Below, in pieces: positions 16,428 through 25,576 of a stretch of 64,000 bases of DNA. The notes under the pieces are model-generated. The model made no database searches. It was not told the DNA's origin and was given only the letters and a program-made list of their open reading frames with translations. The DNA comes from Saprospiraceae bacterium. GTDB taxonomy: Bacteria > Bacteroidota > Bacteroidia > Chitinophagales > Saprospiraceae. Position 1 is the first letter of the stretch. Each line of letters starts with the position of its first letter. The stretch spans positions 24,051-88,050 of the forward strand of contig JAXLUR010000012.1 of NCBI GenBank assembly GCA_046329435.1, in the 5' to 3' direction. The position numbers were made by a program, and so were the translations under genes.

Positions 16428-17300
16428 ATGCTGAGAAAACTCGCGTTGTGCAGCTTGCTAGCCCTCTTGTCCATGCCCCTGGGCGCCCAGCAGAAAAAAA
16501 CTGCGCCCAAAACCGCCGTCATCGACCTGGGCGATGCGCTGAGACAGGGACTGCTGGCCATCGAGGTCAGCGGAACGGGCGGCCACCAGGGCGAATGCCT
16601 CCGCCTGAGCGCCCGCAACCTGAGCGGCAAAAGCCTGCGCGTCCGTATTCCGGTCGGACAGTTTTTCGAGCCCGGCGACAGCAGTTTGCAGACCCTGGTC
16701 GTAGCCGAACAACACACCCTGGCGCTTCAAGGCAAAACGCCCGCTTCGTTGCTCCTCAAAACTTTCTGTGCGCAAGCGGGCGACCTTTCGCCGCAGCCCA
16801 ACGCCGCTTTCAGCGCAGGCGCAATGGCCCCCGAGCAACTCTGCAAGCTCCTGCTGTTCATCGCCCAATCGGGCAAAACCGATTCGCCGGCAGCGCAAAG
16901 CGCCGTCTGGTGCCTGACCAACCGCCATTCGCTGGGCGGGATCGGCGATGCCGAACTCACCAAATTTACCGCCGAATTGCTGGGGCGCACCCCGCCAGGC
17001 TACCGTATCCGCTATGAAAGCCGCGAAATCCGGCCGGGCGACCGGGCCCTGCCCGGGAAAGCCCTGGTGGTGGAAGGCAGCTATCAGTATGTGATCGCCC
17101 AAGATACCAAGGTGACCATGTTGCTGCTGCGCGAAGACGGCAGCCTGATCAAAAAACTGTCGGCCGCAGAAGACATGATTGCCGGCGAACACCGCGGCAG
17201 CCTGCACCTTGAGGTGTACAACCTTCCGCCCGGCAGATACATCGTTCGCTGGCAAACCCGCGAGGGTGAGGTCATCAAGGATATTCCGGTCGAATTTTGA
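16428..17300 (+). CDS. secreted hypothetical protein
   Basis: 290 aa with the signal peptide MLRKLALCSLLALLSMPLGAQQ. The C-terminal part looks like a beta-sandwich (GRYIVRWQTREGEVIKDIPVEF). I recognise no family. Confidence 0.65.
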   Translation: MLRKLALCSLLALLSMPLGAQQKKTAPKTAVIDLGDALRQGLLAIEVSGTGGHQGECLRLSARNLSGKSLRVRIPVGQFFEPGDSSLQTLVVAEQHTLALQGKTPASLLLKTFCAQAGDLSPQPNAAFSAGAMAPEQLCKLLLFIAQSGKTDSPAAQSAVWCLTNRHSLGGIGDAELTKFTAELLGRTPPGYRIRYESREIRPGDRALPGKALVVEGSYQYVIAQDTKVTMLLLREDGSLIKKLSAAEDMIAGEHRGSLHLEVYNLPPGRYIVRWQTREGEVIKDIPVEF

Positions 17301-17301
17301 C

Positions 17302-17336
17302 AAAAAAGCCCCGCCAGCCTGGGTAGGCGACGGGGC
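17302..17336 (-). terminator. intrinsic terminator for the minus-strand thioredoxin-like gene
   Basis: On the minus strand the sequence reads gccccgtcgcc-tacccagg-ctggcggggc followed by tttttt. Confidence 0.6.
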
Positions 17337-17363
17337 AATGTGCAGTCGGCAGGTTGTGACGCT

Positions 17364-17391
17364 GCGCCGTTCGGAACGGCGCTATTTTTTT
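17364..17391 (+). terminator. intrinsic terminator for the plus-strand 16428-17300 gene, overlapping the 3' end of the convergent gene
   Basis: gcgccgt-tcgg-aacggcgc hairpin followed by tattttttt. The T-tract overlaps the last codons and stop of the TlpA-like gene. Confidence 0.55.
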
Positions 17392-17873
17392 AATTCCTTG
17401 AGTTTTTCCTCGAGTTCGAGTTCGTCGCCGGGCGCGTAGCCGGTGTGTTCGAACACGATGTTGCCCGACTGGTCGAGCACCAGCATATGGGGCACGGACG
17501 AGACGTTGGCGGCCTGCTGGAATTCCTTGTTGCTGTCGACCAGCACGCGGTACTTCCAGCCTTTTTCAGCAACCATGGCGGGGATTTTGGCCGACGTTCG
17601 GGCATCATCGACACTGATTGCGATGAGTTCGACATCGTAGTCTTTTTGCCAGTCTTCGTAATAGTCTTTGATGGCGTCGAGTTCTTTTTTACAGGGCGAG
17701 CACCAGGTGGCCCAAAAACTGATGATGGTGATCTTGCCGGATTTGCCCAGTTCCTGCACGTTCAGGCTCTGTCCTTCCAGCGTTTTGACGTTGGCCGAGG
17801 GCAAGGATTTGTTTTGAGCAAATACGCTCAGGGCAACGAAACAGGCGACAAGGGCCAGCAGTGTTTTTTTCAT
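17382..17873 (-). CDS. TlpA/ResA-family thiol-disulfide oxidoreductase (thioredoxin fold)
   Basis: ORF 17382-17933 trimmed to MKKTLLALVACFVALSVFAQ (signal peptide). The active site is WATWCSPCKKE. Confidence 0.88.
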   Translation of the reverse strand: MKKTLLALVACFVALSVFAQNKSLPSANVKTLEGQSLNVQELGKSGKITIISFWATWCSPCKKELDAIKDYYEDWQKDYDVELIAISVDDARTSAKIPAMVAEKGWKYRVLVDSNKEFQQAANVSSVPHMLVLDQSGNIVFEHTGYAPGDELELEEKLKELKK

Positions 17874-17999
17874 GTTGAACAACTTGGTATAAATGATTGT
17901 AAATGACGCTCCAAAAATAGGTGGATTGTCCAATGTCGTGTCGGACTTAACCTCGGATTAACGAAAAGGGTCGTTCTGCGACAATTTCTTAACAGCCTT

Positions 18000-18818
18000 T
18001 CAGGGAATGCACAAACGTCGCAACGCGGCCTCGTCGCCGTAAAAAACGTTGAAATCAACCGGCTCGTTGATGCCGTTCACATTGCCGCGGTCGCTGTGTT
18101 GCCAGAAATGCCACCTGGAGTCGTCGGGCATGTCAAGATCCGTGACGTAGTAGTGCGCGATCCAGAAGCAGTAGGGCTTGAACTCCGGCTGATCGGCAAA
18201 ATGGTTTTTGTAAAAATCACGGTTGGTGTACAAAATAGGTTTCACCCCATAGCGCTTTTCCAGCAGGGCGATAAACTCAAGCGTCGCTTTGCGTATCTGG
18301 TCGCGGCCCATTCCTTTTTTTTCCTCGATATCGATCACAGGGGGCAAATCGCCGGGGCGCAGGCGCACGTTTTTGGCAAAATTCAAAGCCTGGTCGCGCG
18401 GACTGACGTTCGGCAAAAAAAAATGGTAGGCGCCGCGGATAATGTTGTTCTCCCGGGCATTATCCCAGTTGCGGTCAAACTCGGGGTCTTTGATCCAGGA
18501 ACCTTCCGTGGCCTTGATGAACGCGAAAGAAATACGCACGTCGTTCACCTGCATTTTGCTGACCCGCTCCCAGTCTACCCGGCGCTGATAACGGCTCACA
18601 TCGATGCCGTGCACCGAATATCCGTGGGGGATACGAATGCCAAAGTGTTTGTATTCCTTGTAATGAAAGGGGTAATCGAACAGGCTGAACACCTGATAAC
18701 GCAGCCAGGGGCTGAACAGCATACCCGTCATAAACGCCAGCAGAAGGCCGACCCACCAGGGCGCAGGCGGTTTGCCCGAAGAACGAAACGGCAGCAGTTT
18801 TTGGAATCCCTTGGCCAT
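18000..18818 (-). CDS. glycoside hydrolase family 25 muramidase (lysozyme) with an N-terminal membrane anchor
   Basis: 272 aa with GIDVSRYQRRVDWERV...FAFIKATEGSWIKDPEF...RGAYHFF (GH25 motifs). The N-terminal TM is WWVGLLLAFMTGMLFSPWL. Confidence 0.88.
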   Translation of the reverse strand: MAKGFQKLLPFRSSGKPPAPWWVGLLLAFMTGMLFSPWLRYQVFSLFDYPFHYKEYKHFGIRIPHGYSVHGIDVSRYQRRVDWERVSKMQVNDVRISFAFIKATEGSWIKDPEFDRNWDNARENNIIRGAYHFFLPNVSPRDQALNFAKNVRLRPGDLPPVIDIEEKKGMGRDQIRKATLEFIALLEKRYGVKPILYTNRDFYKNHFADQPEFKPYCFWIAHYYVTDLDMPDDSRWHFWQHSDRGNVNGINEPVDFNVFYGDEAALRRLCIP

Positions 18819-18824
18819 CGGCGC

Positions 18825-19601
18825 TTATTCCCCTTTAAACACCGGTTTGCGTTTTTCGAGGAAAGCGTTTACGCCCTCCCGATAGTCGTGCGTCTGGCCG
18901 GCGATCGACTGGAGTTCGTCTTCCAGGGCAAGCTGCGCGTTAAAGTCGTTGGAAAAGGATCGATTGAGGGCTTTTTTCGTCAGCGCAATGCCTCGCGTCG
19001 GCATCCGGGCAAGGGTCTCGGCGAGGGCGAGGCTCTCGGCCATGAAGGTCTCGTCGTGATAAACTTTCCAGATAAGGCCCATTTCAGCGGCTTCTCCGGC
19101 CGAAATTTTGTCCGACAACATCATCAGTGCCGCCGCGCGTTGCAGCCCTGCGAGGCGCGGGAGGGTCCAGGTGCCGCCACTGTCGGGTATCAGACCGATT
19201 TTGGAAAATGCCTGCGTAAAAGAAGCGGAGGCCGCCGCTACCGTAATATCGCAAGCCAGCGCAATGTTGGCCCCTGCGCCGGCCGCCACGCCGTTGACGG
19301 CGCAAACAACGGGTTTTTCCAGTTCGCGTATCTTCATGACAATGGGGTTGTACCCCGTTGAAATGATTTCGGTCAGCGAAGGCCCTTGCGGATCGATCAC
19401 TTCCTGCAAATCCTCGCCGGCGCAAAAAGCGCGCCCCTCGCCGGTAAGGTACACGGCCCGGATGCCCGGGTCGGCAGCACAGCGGTCGAGTGCGGCGATG
19501 AGTTCCTGACGCATGGCGTGGTTCATCGAATTGAACACGGCCGGGCGGTTCAGGCGGATTTGAGCGACCTGATTCTCAATGGTAAAGAGGATGTATTCCA
19601 T
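18825..19601 (-). CDS. enoyl-CoA hydratase/isomerase family protein (PaaG-like)
   Basis: ORF 18825-19796 trimmed to MEYILFTIENQVAQIRLNRPAVFNS. The crotonase motifs YLTGEGRAFCAGEDL and AVNGVAAGAGANIALACD are present. Confidence 0.88.
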   Translation of the reverse strand: MEYILFTIENQVAQIRLNRPAVFNSMNHAMRQELIAALDRCAADPGIRAVYLTGEGRAFCAGEDLQEVIDPQGPSLTEIISTGYNPIVMKIRELEKPVVCAVNGVAAGAGANIALACDITVAAASASFTQAFSKIGLIPDSGGTWTLPRLAGLQRAAALMMLSDKISAGEAAEMGLIWKVYHDETFMAESLALAETLARMPTRGIALTKKALNRSFSNDFNAQLALEDELQSIAGQTHDYREGVNAFLEKRKPVFKGE

Positions 19602-19690
19602 GGAAACGTTACGTTGTGGCAGGCTGGCGATATTTGGCCGGCCGGGTCGGGAGGGGTTCCTGGCTCCTCCCGGCCCGGCCGGCCACAAAG

Positions 19691-20977
19691 TTATGAGCTC
19701 TTCGCGATGGCGTGAATGGTCCGCACGAGTTTGTCCAGATCGTCGGTGGTGGTGTAAACGTTGGGCGTGATGCGGGCGCCCGAGACTTTTTCCCATTCGA
19801 TGCCGGTGGTATGAATTTTAGCGCGCTGAAACAACTGGTCCGAAAATTCGCTGCCTTTTTTCCCTTCCAAACCAATCGTCGCGATGGCACAGCCCCATTG
19901 GGGATGCAGGGAGGTATGCAGTTTGATGCCGGGTATGTCCTTCACCTGCTCGGCCCAGTAGTTTTTGAGGTAAAAAATACGGTCCTGTTTGCGTTTGGCG
20001 CCGATAAGGTTTTGCAAATCAATGGAATAGCCGATCGCCATTTCAATTGGAAAACTGCGGGTGCCCAGCGACTCGAATTTTCGGATATCGCCGCCATCGG
20101 GCGTTCCGTTGGAGAGCAGGGGCCAGACTTTGGCAATTTTTTCCTTTTTGATCCACAACATGCCGCTGCCAAAAGGCGCGCACAGCCATTTGTGCAGGCT
20201 GGTGCCCCAATAGTCGCAACCCAGGTCGGGGATTTTGTAATCAATCAGCGCGAAGGAATGCGCACCGTCAACCAGCACATCGATACCCTGTGCATGGGCG
20301 CGGTCGGCGATGGCGCGCACCGGCAGTATCTGGCCGCACCAGTTGATCACATGCGTGATGTGCACCACCCTGGTTTTGGCCGTAAACTTCGAGGTAAAGG
20401 CGTTTACGAAATATTCCTCATCTTCGGAAGGCAGGTCAAAATCCACCCACACGAGTTTGATTCCGTCGCGTTTTTCGCGCTGTTTCCAGGCGTTGATCAT
20501 ATTGGGGTAATCGTATTTCGACAGCACGACCTCATCGCCGGCTTTCAGGTCGAGGCCGAAAATGATGGTATTCAGCGATTCGGTTGCGTTGCGGTTGATG
20601 GCGATCTCTTCGATATCGGCGCCGGCCAGCGTGGCCAGGCTTTCGCGCAGCGGTTCGCGGTCCTGGTCGAGCACCCGCCACATGTAATAGGATGGCGCTT
20701 CGTTGCACATGCGGTTGTAGTAGTCGAGCGCGTCCATGGTCGCCCTGGGCGCCGGGCATACCCCGCCGTTGTTGAGGTTGATGATGGTAGGACTTGCGCC
20801 GTAAGCCAGACGGATTTGTCGCCAGAAATCTTCTTCATCGCCGTTTGGCGGCGCAACGAACACCCCCCTGGGAGCGTTCAGTTGAAAAGCTGCGAAAACA
20901 TCCTGATGCAGGGCCAGCCCGCCCAGCATGGCGGCGGTTCGGCGGATAAAACTTCGACGGGTGTTGAAATTGTTCAT
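19691..20977 (-). CDS. aminotransferase class V-fold PLP-dependent enzyme with a twin-arginine (Tat) signal peptide
   Basis: 428 aa. The N-terminus MNNFNTRRSFIRRTAAMLGGLALHQDVFAAF is a Tat-type signal. The core resembles isopenicillin-N-epimerase or cysteine-desulfurase-like class V enzymes (VDGAHSF...SLHKWL). Confidence 0.8.
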   Translation of the reverse strand: MNNFNTRRSFIRRTAAMLGGLALHQDVFAAFQLNAPRGVFVAPPNGDEEDFWRQIRLAYGASPTIINLNNGGVCPAPRATMDALDYYNRMCNEAPSYYMWRVLDQDREPLRESLATLAGADIEEIAINRNATESLNTIIFGLDLKAGDEVVLSKYDYPNMINAWKQREKRDGIKLVWVDFDLPSEDEEYFVNAFTSKFTAKTRVVHITHVINWCGQILPVRAIADRAHAQGIDVLVDGAHSFALIDYKIPDLGCDYWGTSLHKWLCAPFGSGMLWIKKEKIAKVWPLLSNGTPDGGDIRKFESLGTRSFPIEMAIGYSIDLQNLIGAKRKQDRIFYLKNYWAEQVKDIPGIKLHTSLHPQWGCAIATIGLEGKKGSEFSDQLFQRAKIHTTGIEWEKVSGARITPNVYTTTDDLDKLVRTIHAIAKSS

Positions 20978-21113
20978 GGCGCTTTTTAAGATTTGATGAA
21001 TAGTCTGGCAGGTGAAATGGTGAAAAAATCGTTAAAACCCAAGCAGTAAAGTGTCTTTCGACACCCTTGCCCGTATCAATACCGTATTTGATCAACAAAA
21101 GAAATCATATTAC

Positions 21114-21563
21114 ATGAAAAAGCATCTCGTAATCACCCTCGTTCTCGCCTTCTTCGCTTCGGCCAGCGCCTGGTCGCAAACCGAATCGAAAGCCAAAGAA
21201 CAGAAATCGAAAACGGAACAAGCTGCGAAGGCAGAAGAAAAATCGCACGGCGCTGCTTTCAGTGGCCAGGGCAAAGGCGGCGAAAAAGACCAGGTAGAAA
21301 AACAAAAAGGCGCCAAGACCAAAAAAGGCAAGAAAGGCCATCCGCACAAGGCGCATCAGGACAAAGACAAGGGCAAAGACCTGAAACAGGCGGGTGAAAA
21401 AGAAGAAATGCACGGTCGGCCGAAACCCGCTACCGAGCCGCAACCGGCTCCTAAAAATACGGAGCCCGTGAAACCGGCACCGCAAACACCACCCGTGAAA
21501 CCCTCGAAAGAGTCGCCGACCGAGGCAAAACCCAAACCGGCTCAAAAAAGCGGCGGCAATTAA
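21114..21563 (+). CDS. secreted Lys/Glu/Pro-rich low-complexity protein
   Basis: ORF 21051-21563 trimmed to MKKHLVITLVLAFFASASAWSQ (signal peptide). The remainder is KAKEQKSKTEQAAKAEEK...KKGKKGHPHKAHQDKDKGKD...PKPATEPQPAPKNTEPVKPAPQTPPVKP. Confidence 0.6.
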   Translation: MKKHLVITLVLAFFASASAWSQTESKAKEQKSKTEQAAKAEEKSHGAAFSGQGKGGEKDQVEKQKGAKTKKGKKGHPHKAHQDKDKGKDLKQAGEKEEMHGRPKPATEPQPAPKNTEPVKPAPQTPPVKPSKESPTEAKPKPAQKSGGN

Positions 21564-21590
21564 CTGACCGTGCGCTACCGATAATCAACC

Positions 21591-21629
21591 CCCCTGTTCG
21601 CTGCGAGGCGGGCAGGGGTTTGTTTTTTT
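21591..21629 (+). terminator. intrinsic terminator
   Basis: cccctg...caggggt stem with an inner cgc/gcg extension, followed by tttgttttttt. It lies between convergent genes. Confidence 0.6.
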
Positions 21630-21643
21630 CACCCGAGGTTGCA

Positions 21644-22114
21644 TCAGGCAGTTTTACCGTTCTCGATTCGTTCGATTCTGTGCAGAATTTCAAGTATGAG
21701 GTCGTTCTGGTTTTCAAGGTGTTTCAAAATTGCCTCTACTTCCTGTTCTGATTTCTTATTGATCCGAAAATCCTCTTCCGCCCTTAGTTCCGCATGCCTC
21801 GATTGCAGGTTTTGCCCGATCATAATCAGCGGCATCAGAAAGATCTGGATCATGTTGGAGATGAACAGCCACAGCACAAACGCGGGGAATGGGTCGAAGC
21901 GCCATGCCTGGGGGGCCAGGGTATTCCAGCCGAGCCAGACGACCGTCCAGCAAAAGATCAAAAAGAAAAACTGCATACTGCCGACGTGGTCGGTGATCCA
22001 GAGCGCCAGCCGATCAAGCGACGACAAGCCCTGCCGATGTTTCGCATTGACATTGTGCGCAGGAGCGTGCCTTTTCTTCAAGTCTTCGAGCGACTGGATG
22101 TCCTGGTGTTTCAT
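21644..22114 (-). CDS. DUF1003 domain-containing membrane protein
   Basis: 156 aa with SLDRLALWITDHVGSMQFFFLIFCWTVVWLGWN...FDPFPAFVLWLFISNMIQIFLMPLIMIGQN, typical of DUF1003. The C-terminal tail is coiled-coil. A hand-counted sample, 21701-21800, is 43% GC. Confidence 0.8.
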   Translation of the reverse strand: MKHQDIQSLEDLKKRHAPAHNVNAKHRQGLSSLDRLALWITDHVGSMQFFFLIFCWTVVWLGWNTLAPQAWRFDPFPAFVLWLFISNMIQIFLMPLIMIGQNLQSRHAELRAEEDFRINKKSEQEVEAILKHLENQNDLILEILHRIERIENGKTA

Positions 22115-22220
22115 CGACGGCGAGTTAAGTTGTGATCGGCTTTGATATATATATTGAAGGTCAAAAATAGCATTTCCCCGCTGTTAGGCGCCTTGACGCG
22201 CAATGGTATTGTATAAATGA

Positions 22221-22261
22221 ACGGCCCCTGCCTGACCAGTCGGTCGGCAGGGGCCGTTTTT
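22221..22261. terminator. 12-bp GC-rich hairpin downstream of rnr
   Basis: acggcccctgcc...ggcaggggccgt is a perfect stem. ttttt follows on the plus strand and ttcatttat on the minus strand. It is 28 nt beyond the rnr stop. Confidence 0.5.
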
Positions 22262-22288
22262 CAGCTGACGGCCGAATCATTTTCGGCT

Positions 22289-24619
22289 TCAATCCAGCCA
22301 TTCCATCTCGATCTGTCGCTTCGTCAGATCGACCGCCACGATACGCACCCGTACGCGGTCGCCCATTTTGATCTGGCGGCCATGACGGGTTCGGGCGCGC
22401 AGGTTGCCTTCATCGACGACCCATTGCTCGGGCAGGTACTTGAACTCCACCATACCCTCGGCATGCGAGTCGGGCAGGGTAACAAAGAAACCGCGGTCGA
22501 TGATGCCGCTCACCATGCCCTCAAATTCCTCGCCGATATGGCGGCGCACCAGTTCGGCCTGTTTGTACTTGACGCTTTCGCGCTCGGCATCAGCGGCTTT
22601 TTTCTCCTGGTTGCTGATGTGTTTGCACTGTTCCTCGAGTTTGGACTTGTCCACCCGCCACGCCCGGCCGTCGAGGTTGCGCTCGAGGATGCGGTGCGCC
22701 AGCACGTCGGCGTAGCGCCGTATGGGCGAGGTGAAGTGGGCGTAGTGGGTAAATCCGAGGCCGTAGTGCCCGATGTTGTCGGTGGAATACACGGCCTTTG
22801 CCATGGTACGGATAGCCAGGGGTTCGAGCAGTTTGAGGCGTTCGTTTTTGCGGGAAGCCTGCATGAGGCTGTTGTACGACTGCGCAATCTGTTTCGGGGT
22901 ATCGACTTTCATCGGATAGCCCATTTCGGCGGCGAATCGCGCAAATTCGGCCACTTTTTCCTGGTCGGGCAGGTCGTGCACGCGGTACACGTAGGGGATT
23001 TCCTGCTGGGCGCCGCCCTTCTGATCGATGAACCAGGCTACTTCCTTGTTGGCCAGCAGCATAAAATCCTCGATCAACAGGTGGGCGTCTTTGCGTTCCT
23101 TGACGTAGGCTTCGAGCGGGGCGCCGTCGGCATCGAGACGAAAACGGATTTCATCGGATTCAAACCCGATGGCGCCGTTTTTTTCGCGCTCCTTGCGCAT
23201 CTTTTTCGCCAGTCGGTCAAGGGTTGTGATGGCCCATTCCAGTTGCGGGTAAATGGCCAGGTGCGTCAGCGCTTCCTCAGGCTTTTTATCCAGAATGGTC
23301 TGCGCGGCCTCGTAGGTAAAACGGTGTGCCGAATGGATCACCGTTTTGCCAAACCAGCGCTTGACCAGTTTGTCTTTGGGGTCAAATTCAAATACTGCCG
23401 AAAAAGTGAGCCTGTCCTGATACGGCACGAGGGAGCAGAGGTTGTTCGACAATTTTTCGGGCAACATAGGGTTGACGCGATCGACCAGATAAACGGACGT
23501 ACTGCGCTGAAAAGCCTCCTTGTCCATCGGCGAATCGGGCTTGAGGTAATGCGTCACATCGGCGATGTGCACGCCGACTTCCAGGTTGCCGTTGTCGAGC
23601 TGGCGGATGCTGAGGGCATCGTCGAAGTCTTTGGCGTCTTCGGGGTCGATGGTAAAGGTCAGCACCTCGCGGAAGTCGCGGCGCATGGCAATCTCCGTTT
23701 CGGGGATTTGGTCGGGGATGCGGGCCGCTTCTGCGAGCGCTTCTTCGGAGTGGTCGAGTTCGAACCCTGCATTGATCAGGATTTTTTTCATCTCAAACTC
23801 ATTTCCGCCTACTTCGCCGAGGGTTTGGGTGACTTTCCCGATGGGCACGCGTCCTTTCCCTTCCTGCCAGTCGGTGACCCGCACCACCACCTTGTCGCCG
23901 TCGCGGGCCTGGCCGGTAGCGTCGAGGGGGACGTAAATATCAACCGGCATGTTCGGGTTGTCGGGGAGCAGCAGGGCATACTTGCGGCTTTTGCGAAGGG
24001 TGCCGATGAAAAACTCGTTGGCCCGGCGAAGCACTTGCAGCACCTCGCCTTCGGGTTTGCGGGGCGCCTGGCCCCGGCGGCGGGGCGCCGGCGGGAAAAG
24101 CAGAATGCGTACCGTGTCGCCATGCAGGGCGCCGTTGAGGTATTTGGGCGCGACGTACACGTCGGTATCTTCGAGTTCGCTGACGATGTAAGCGGCCCCG
24201 CTTCGCGTCATATCGACGCGCCCTTCCACCGTTTTGCGATGTCTGGAGGCGATTTCTCTGGCCGGCGCTTTGCTTTTCGCCACCGCGGCGAAGCGTTCGG
24301 GCGCCGGGGCGGGTTCCTTTTTCGGAGTCGGCCTTGCCGCGGGTTCGCTTTTTTCAACTCTCTCAGGCGTTTCCTCGCGGGTAAGGCGTTCGAGGGCTAC
24401 GCCGAATTTATTGTCTTCATATTCGCGTACCGAGCCGGCCTCGGCCAACTGGCGCAACGCGTATTCGACTGAATCCTTGTTATTTTCGAAGGAAAGGTGA
24501 TCGATGATCTGGCGGGCAGTAAGGCGCTTTTTGGGATGGGCAAGCAGAAACCGGAGGAGGAAAATTTGCAATTCACTGGCGGTCAACTTTTTACCGCCTT
24601 TTTTCTTTTTTTTGGTCAT
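22289..24619 (-). CDS. rnr: ribonuclease R
   Basis: ORF 22289-24739 trimmed to MTKKKKKGGKKLTASELQ. It has an RNB catalytic domain (TIDPEDAKDFDDALS), cold-shock-like domains and a C-terminal S1 domain (FEGMVSGIIDRGFFVTLP...). Confidence 0.93.
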   Translation of the reverse strand: MTKKKKKGGKKLTASELQIFLLRFLLAHPKKRLTARQIIDHLSFENNKDSVEYALRQLAEAGSVREYEDNKFGVALERLTREETPERVEKSEPAARPTPKKEPAPAPERFAAVAKSKAPAREIASRHRKTVEGRVDMTRSGAAYIVSELEDTDVYVAPKYLNGALHGDTVRILLFPPAPRRRGQAPRKPEGEVLQVLRRANEFFIGTLRKSRKYALLLPDNPNMPVDIYVPLDATGQARDGDKVVVRVTDWQEGKGRVPIGKVTQTLGEVGGNEFEMKKILINAGFELDHSEEALAEAARIPDQIPETEIAMRRDFREVLTFTIDPEDAKDFDDALSIRQLDNGNLEVGVHIADVTHYLKPDSPMDKEAFQRSTSVYLVDRVNPMLPEKLSNNLCSLVPYQDRLTFSAVFEFDPKDKLVKRWFGKTVIHSAHRFTYEAAQTILDKKPEEALTHLAIYPQLEWAITTLDRLAKKMRKEREKNGAIGFESDEIRFRLDADGAPLEAYVKERKDAHLLIEDFMLLANKEVAWFIDQKGGAQQEIPYVYRVHDLPDQEKVAEFARFAAEMGYPMKVDTPKQIAQSYNSLMQASRKNERLKLLEPLAIRTMAKAVYSTDNIGHYGLGFTHYAHFTSPIRRYADVLAHRILERNLDGRAWRVDKSKLEEQCKHISNQEKKAADAERESVKYKQAELVRRHIGEEFEGMVSGIIDRGFFVTLPDSHAEGMVEFKYLPEQWVVDEGNLRARTRHGRQIKMGDRVRVRIVAVDLTKRQIEMEWLD

Positions 24620-24843
24620 GTTAAAATTAAAAAATCTGGGGATAGGATGAATAATCAGATTAGACGTCCGGCGCCGTGAAAGTCTCGTTTTATTGCAGGT
24701 AAAACGGTTTTGAAACGGTAAAAGTTGCAGGCCGCTCATTTTTCCGCCCCGAGCGGCGCCGGCCGTATTAGCGAATCTTTAACCAGCGCCGCTGCAACTT
24801 GGGGCAGGGAAATGCCGTTTTTTGCACTAAATTCCATTCTGCA

Positions 24844-25518
24844 ATGACAAAACCACTTTTTTTAGCCCTGATTGCCCTTTTCACCGGCACTGTCGCGTTC
24901 GGCCAGACGGCGGGCGCCAAGGAAAAGTCCGACCCCGAAGCCAAGAAGATACTCGACAAGATTCGCAAAAAATACGAAGGGTATAAAAGTTTTGAGCTGG
25001 CTTTCAGCCTCACCGTCGAGGTGCCCGGCGAGGCGCAACAAGTGCAAAAAGGCACGACAGCCCAGGCAGACAGCCAATTCCGGCTCGATATGGACGACCA
25101 GGTGATTGTCAGCGACGGCAAAACGACCTGGGTCTATCTGAAAAAAAACAACGAGGTACAGATCAACGATGCCGACCCGAACGGACAAAGCGAATTCCTG
25201 ACGCCCAAAGAACTGCTCCGCCGCTATCAGAAAGGCGATTACCTCTATGCCATCACCGAAAAAACTTCGGCTGGAGGCAAATTACTGACGCACATCGAGT
25301 TCAAGCCGGTCAGTCGCAACTCCGAATACGCAAAGATTCGGGTTAGCGTGGATGAAAAGGCGCTCACCATCGAGTCGATCAAAGCTTTCGCCAAAGACGG
25401 CTCCCGCTATACTTTCAAGGTTACCCGCCTGACACCCAACAAGGTTTTCCCGGCCAACCATTTTACCTTCGATGCAAAGAAATATCCGGGCGTGCACGTC
25501 GAAGACCTGAGAAACTAG
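24844..25518 (+). CDS. LolA-like outer-membrane lipoprotein carrier protein
   Basis: ORF 24799-25518 trimmed to MTKPLFLALIALFTGTVAFGQ. ILDKIRKKYEGYKSFELAFSL...DGKTTWVYLKKNNEVQI is typical of LolA-family proteins. Confidence 0.8.
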   Translation: MTKPLFLALIALFTGTVAFGQTAGAKEKSDPEAKKILDKIRKKYEGYKSFELAFSLTVEVPGEAQQVQKGTTAQADSQFRLDMDDQVIVSDGKTTWVYLKKNNEVQINDADPNGQSEFLTPKELLRRYQKGDYLYAITEKTSAGGKLLTHIEFKPVSRNSEYAKIRVSVDEKALTIESIKAFAKDGSRYTFKVTRLTPNKVFPANHFTFDAKKYPGVHVEDLRN

Positions 25519-25532
25519 CGCCAGATGGCAAG

Positions 25533-25572
25533 GGGCAGTATTTCGTCGCCGATCAAAAGCGGAATACTGCCC
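25533..25572. terminator. 13-bp hairpin between convergent genes (bidirectional terminator)
   Basis: gggcagtatttcg ... cggaatactgccc includes one G-U pair and is followed by tgccttatttt. It lies between the lolA-like stop and the permease stop. Confidence 0.65.
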
Positions 25573-25576
25573 TGCC

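Noticed and set aside
18000-18818. The GH25 lysozyme, considered as a prophage lysis-cassette remnant.
   Set aside because: No holin, spanin, capsid, terminase or integrase genes are nearby. The GC content looks native, and the N-terminal membrane anchor is typical of housekeeping Bacteroidota GH25 autolysins.
21644-22114. The lower-GC DUF1003 gene (43% in my 21701-21800 sample), considered as a second horizontally acquired islet.
   Set aside because: It is a single conserved membrane-protein gene without mobility or defence features. Part of the AT-richness reflects the Lys/Glu/Ile-rich coiled-coil tail and Phe/Ile-rich TM segments, so the evidence is too weak.
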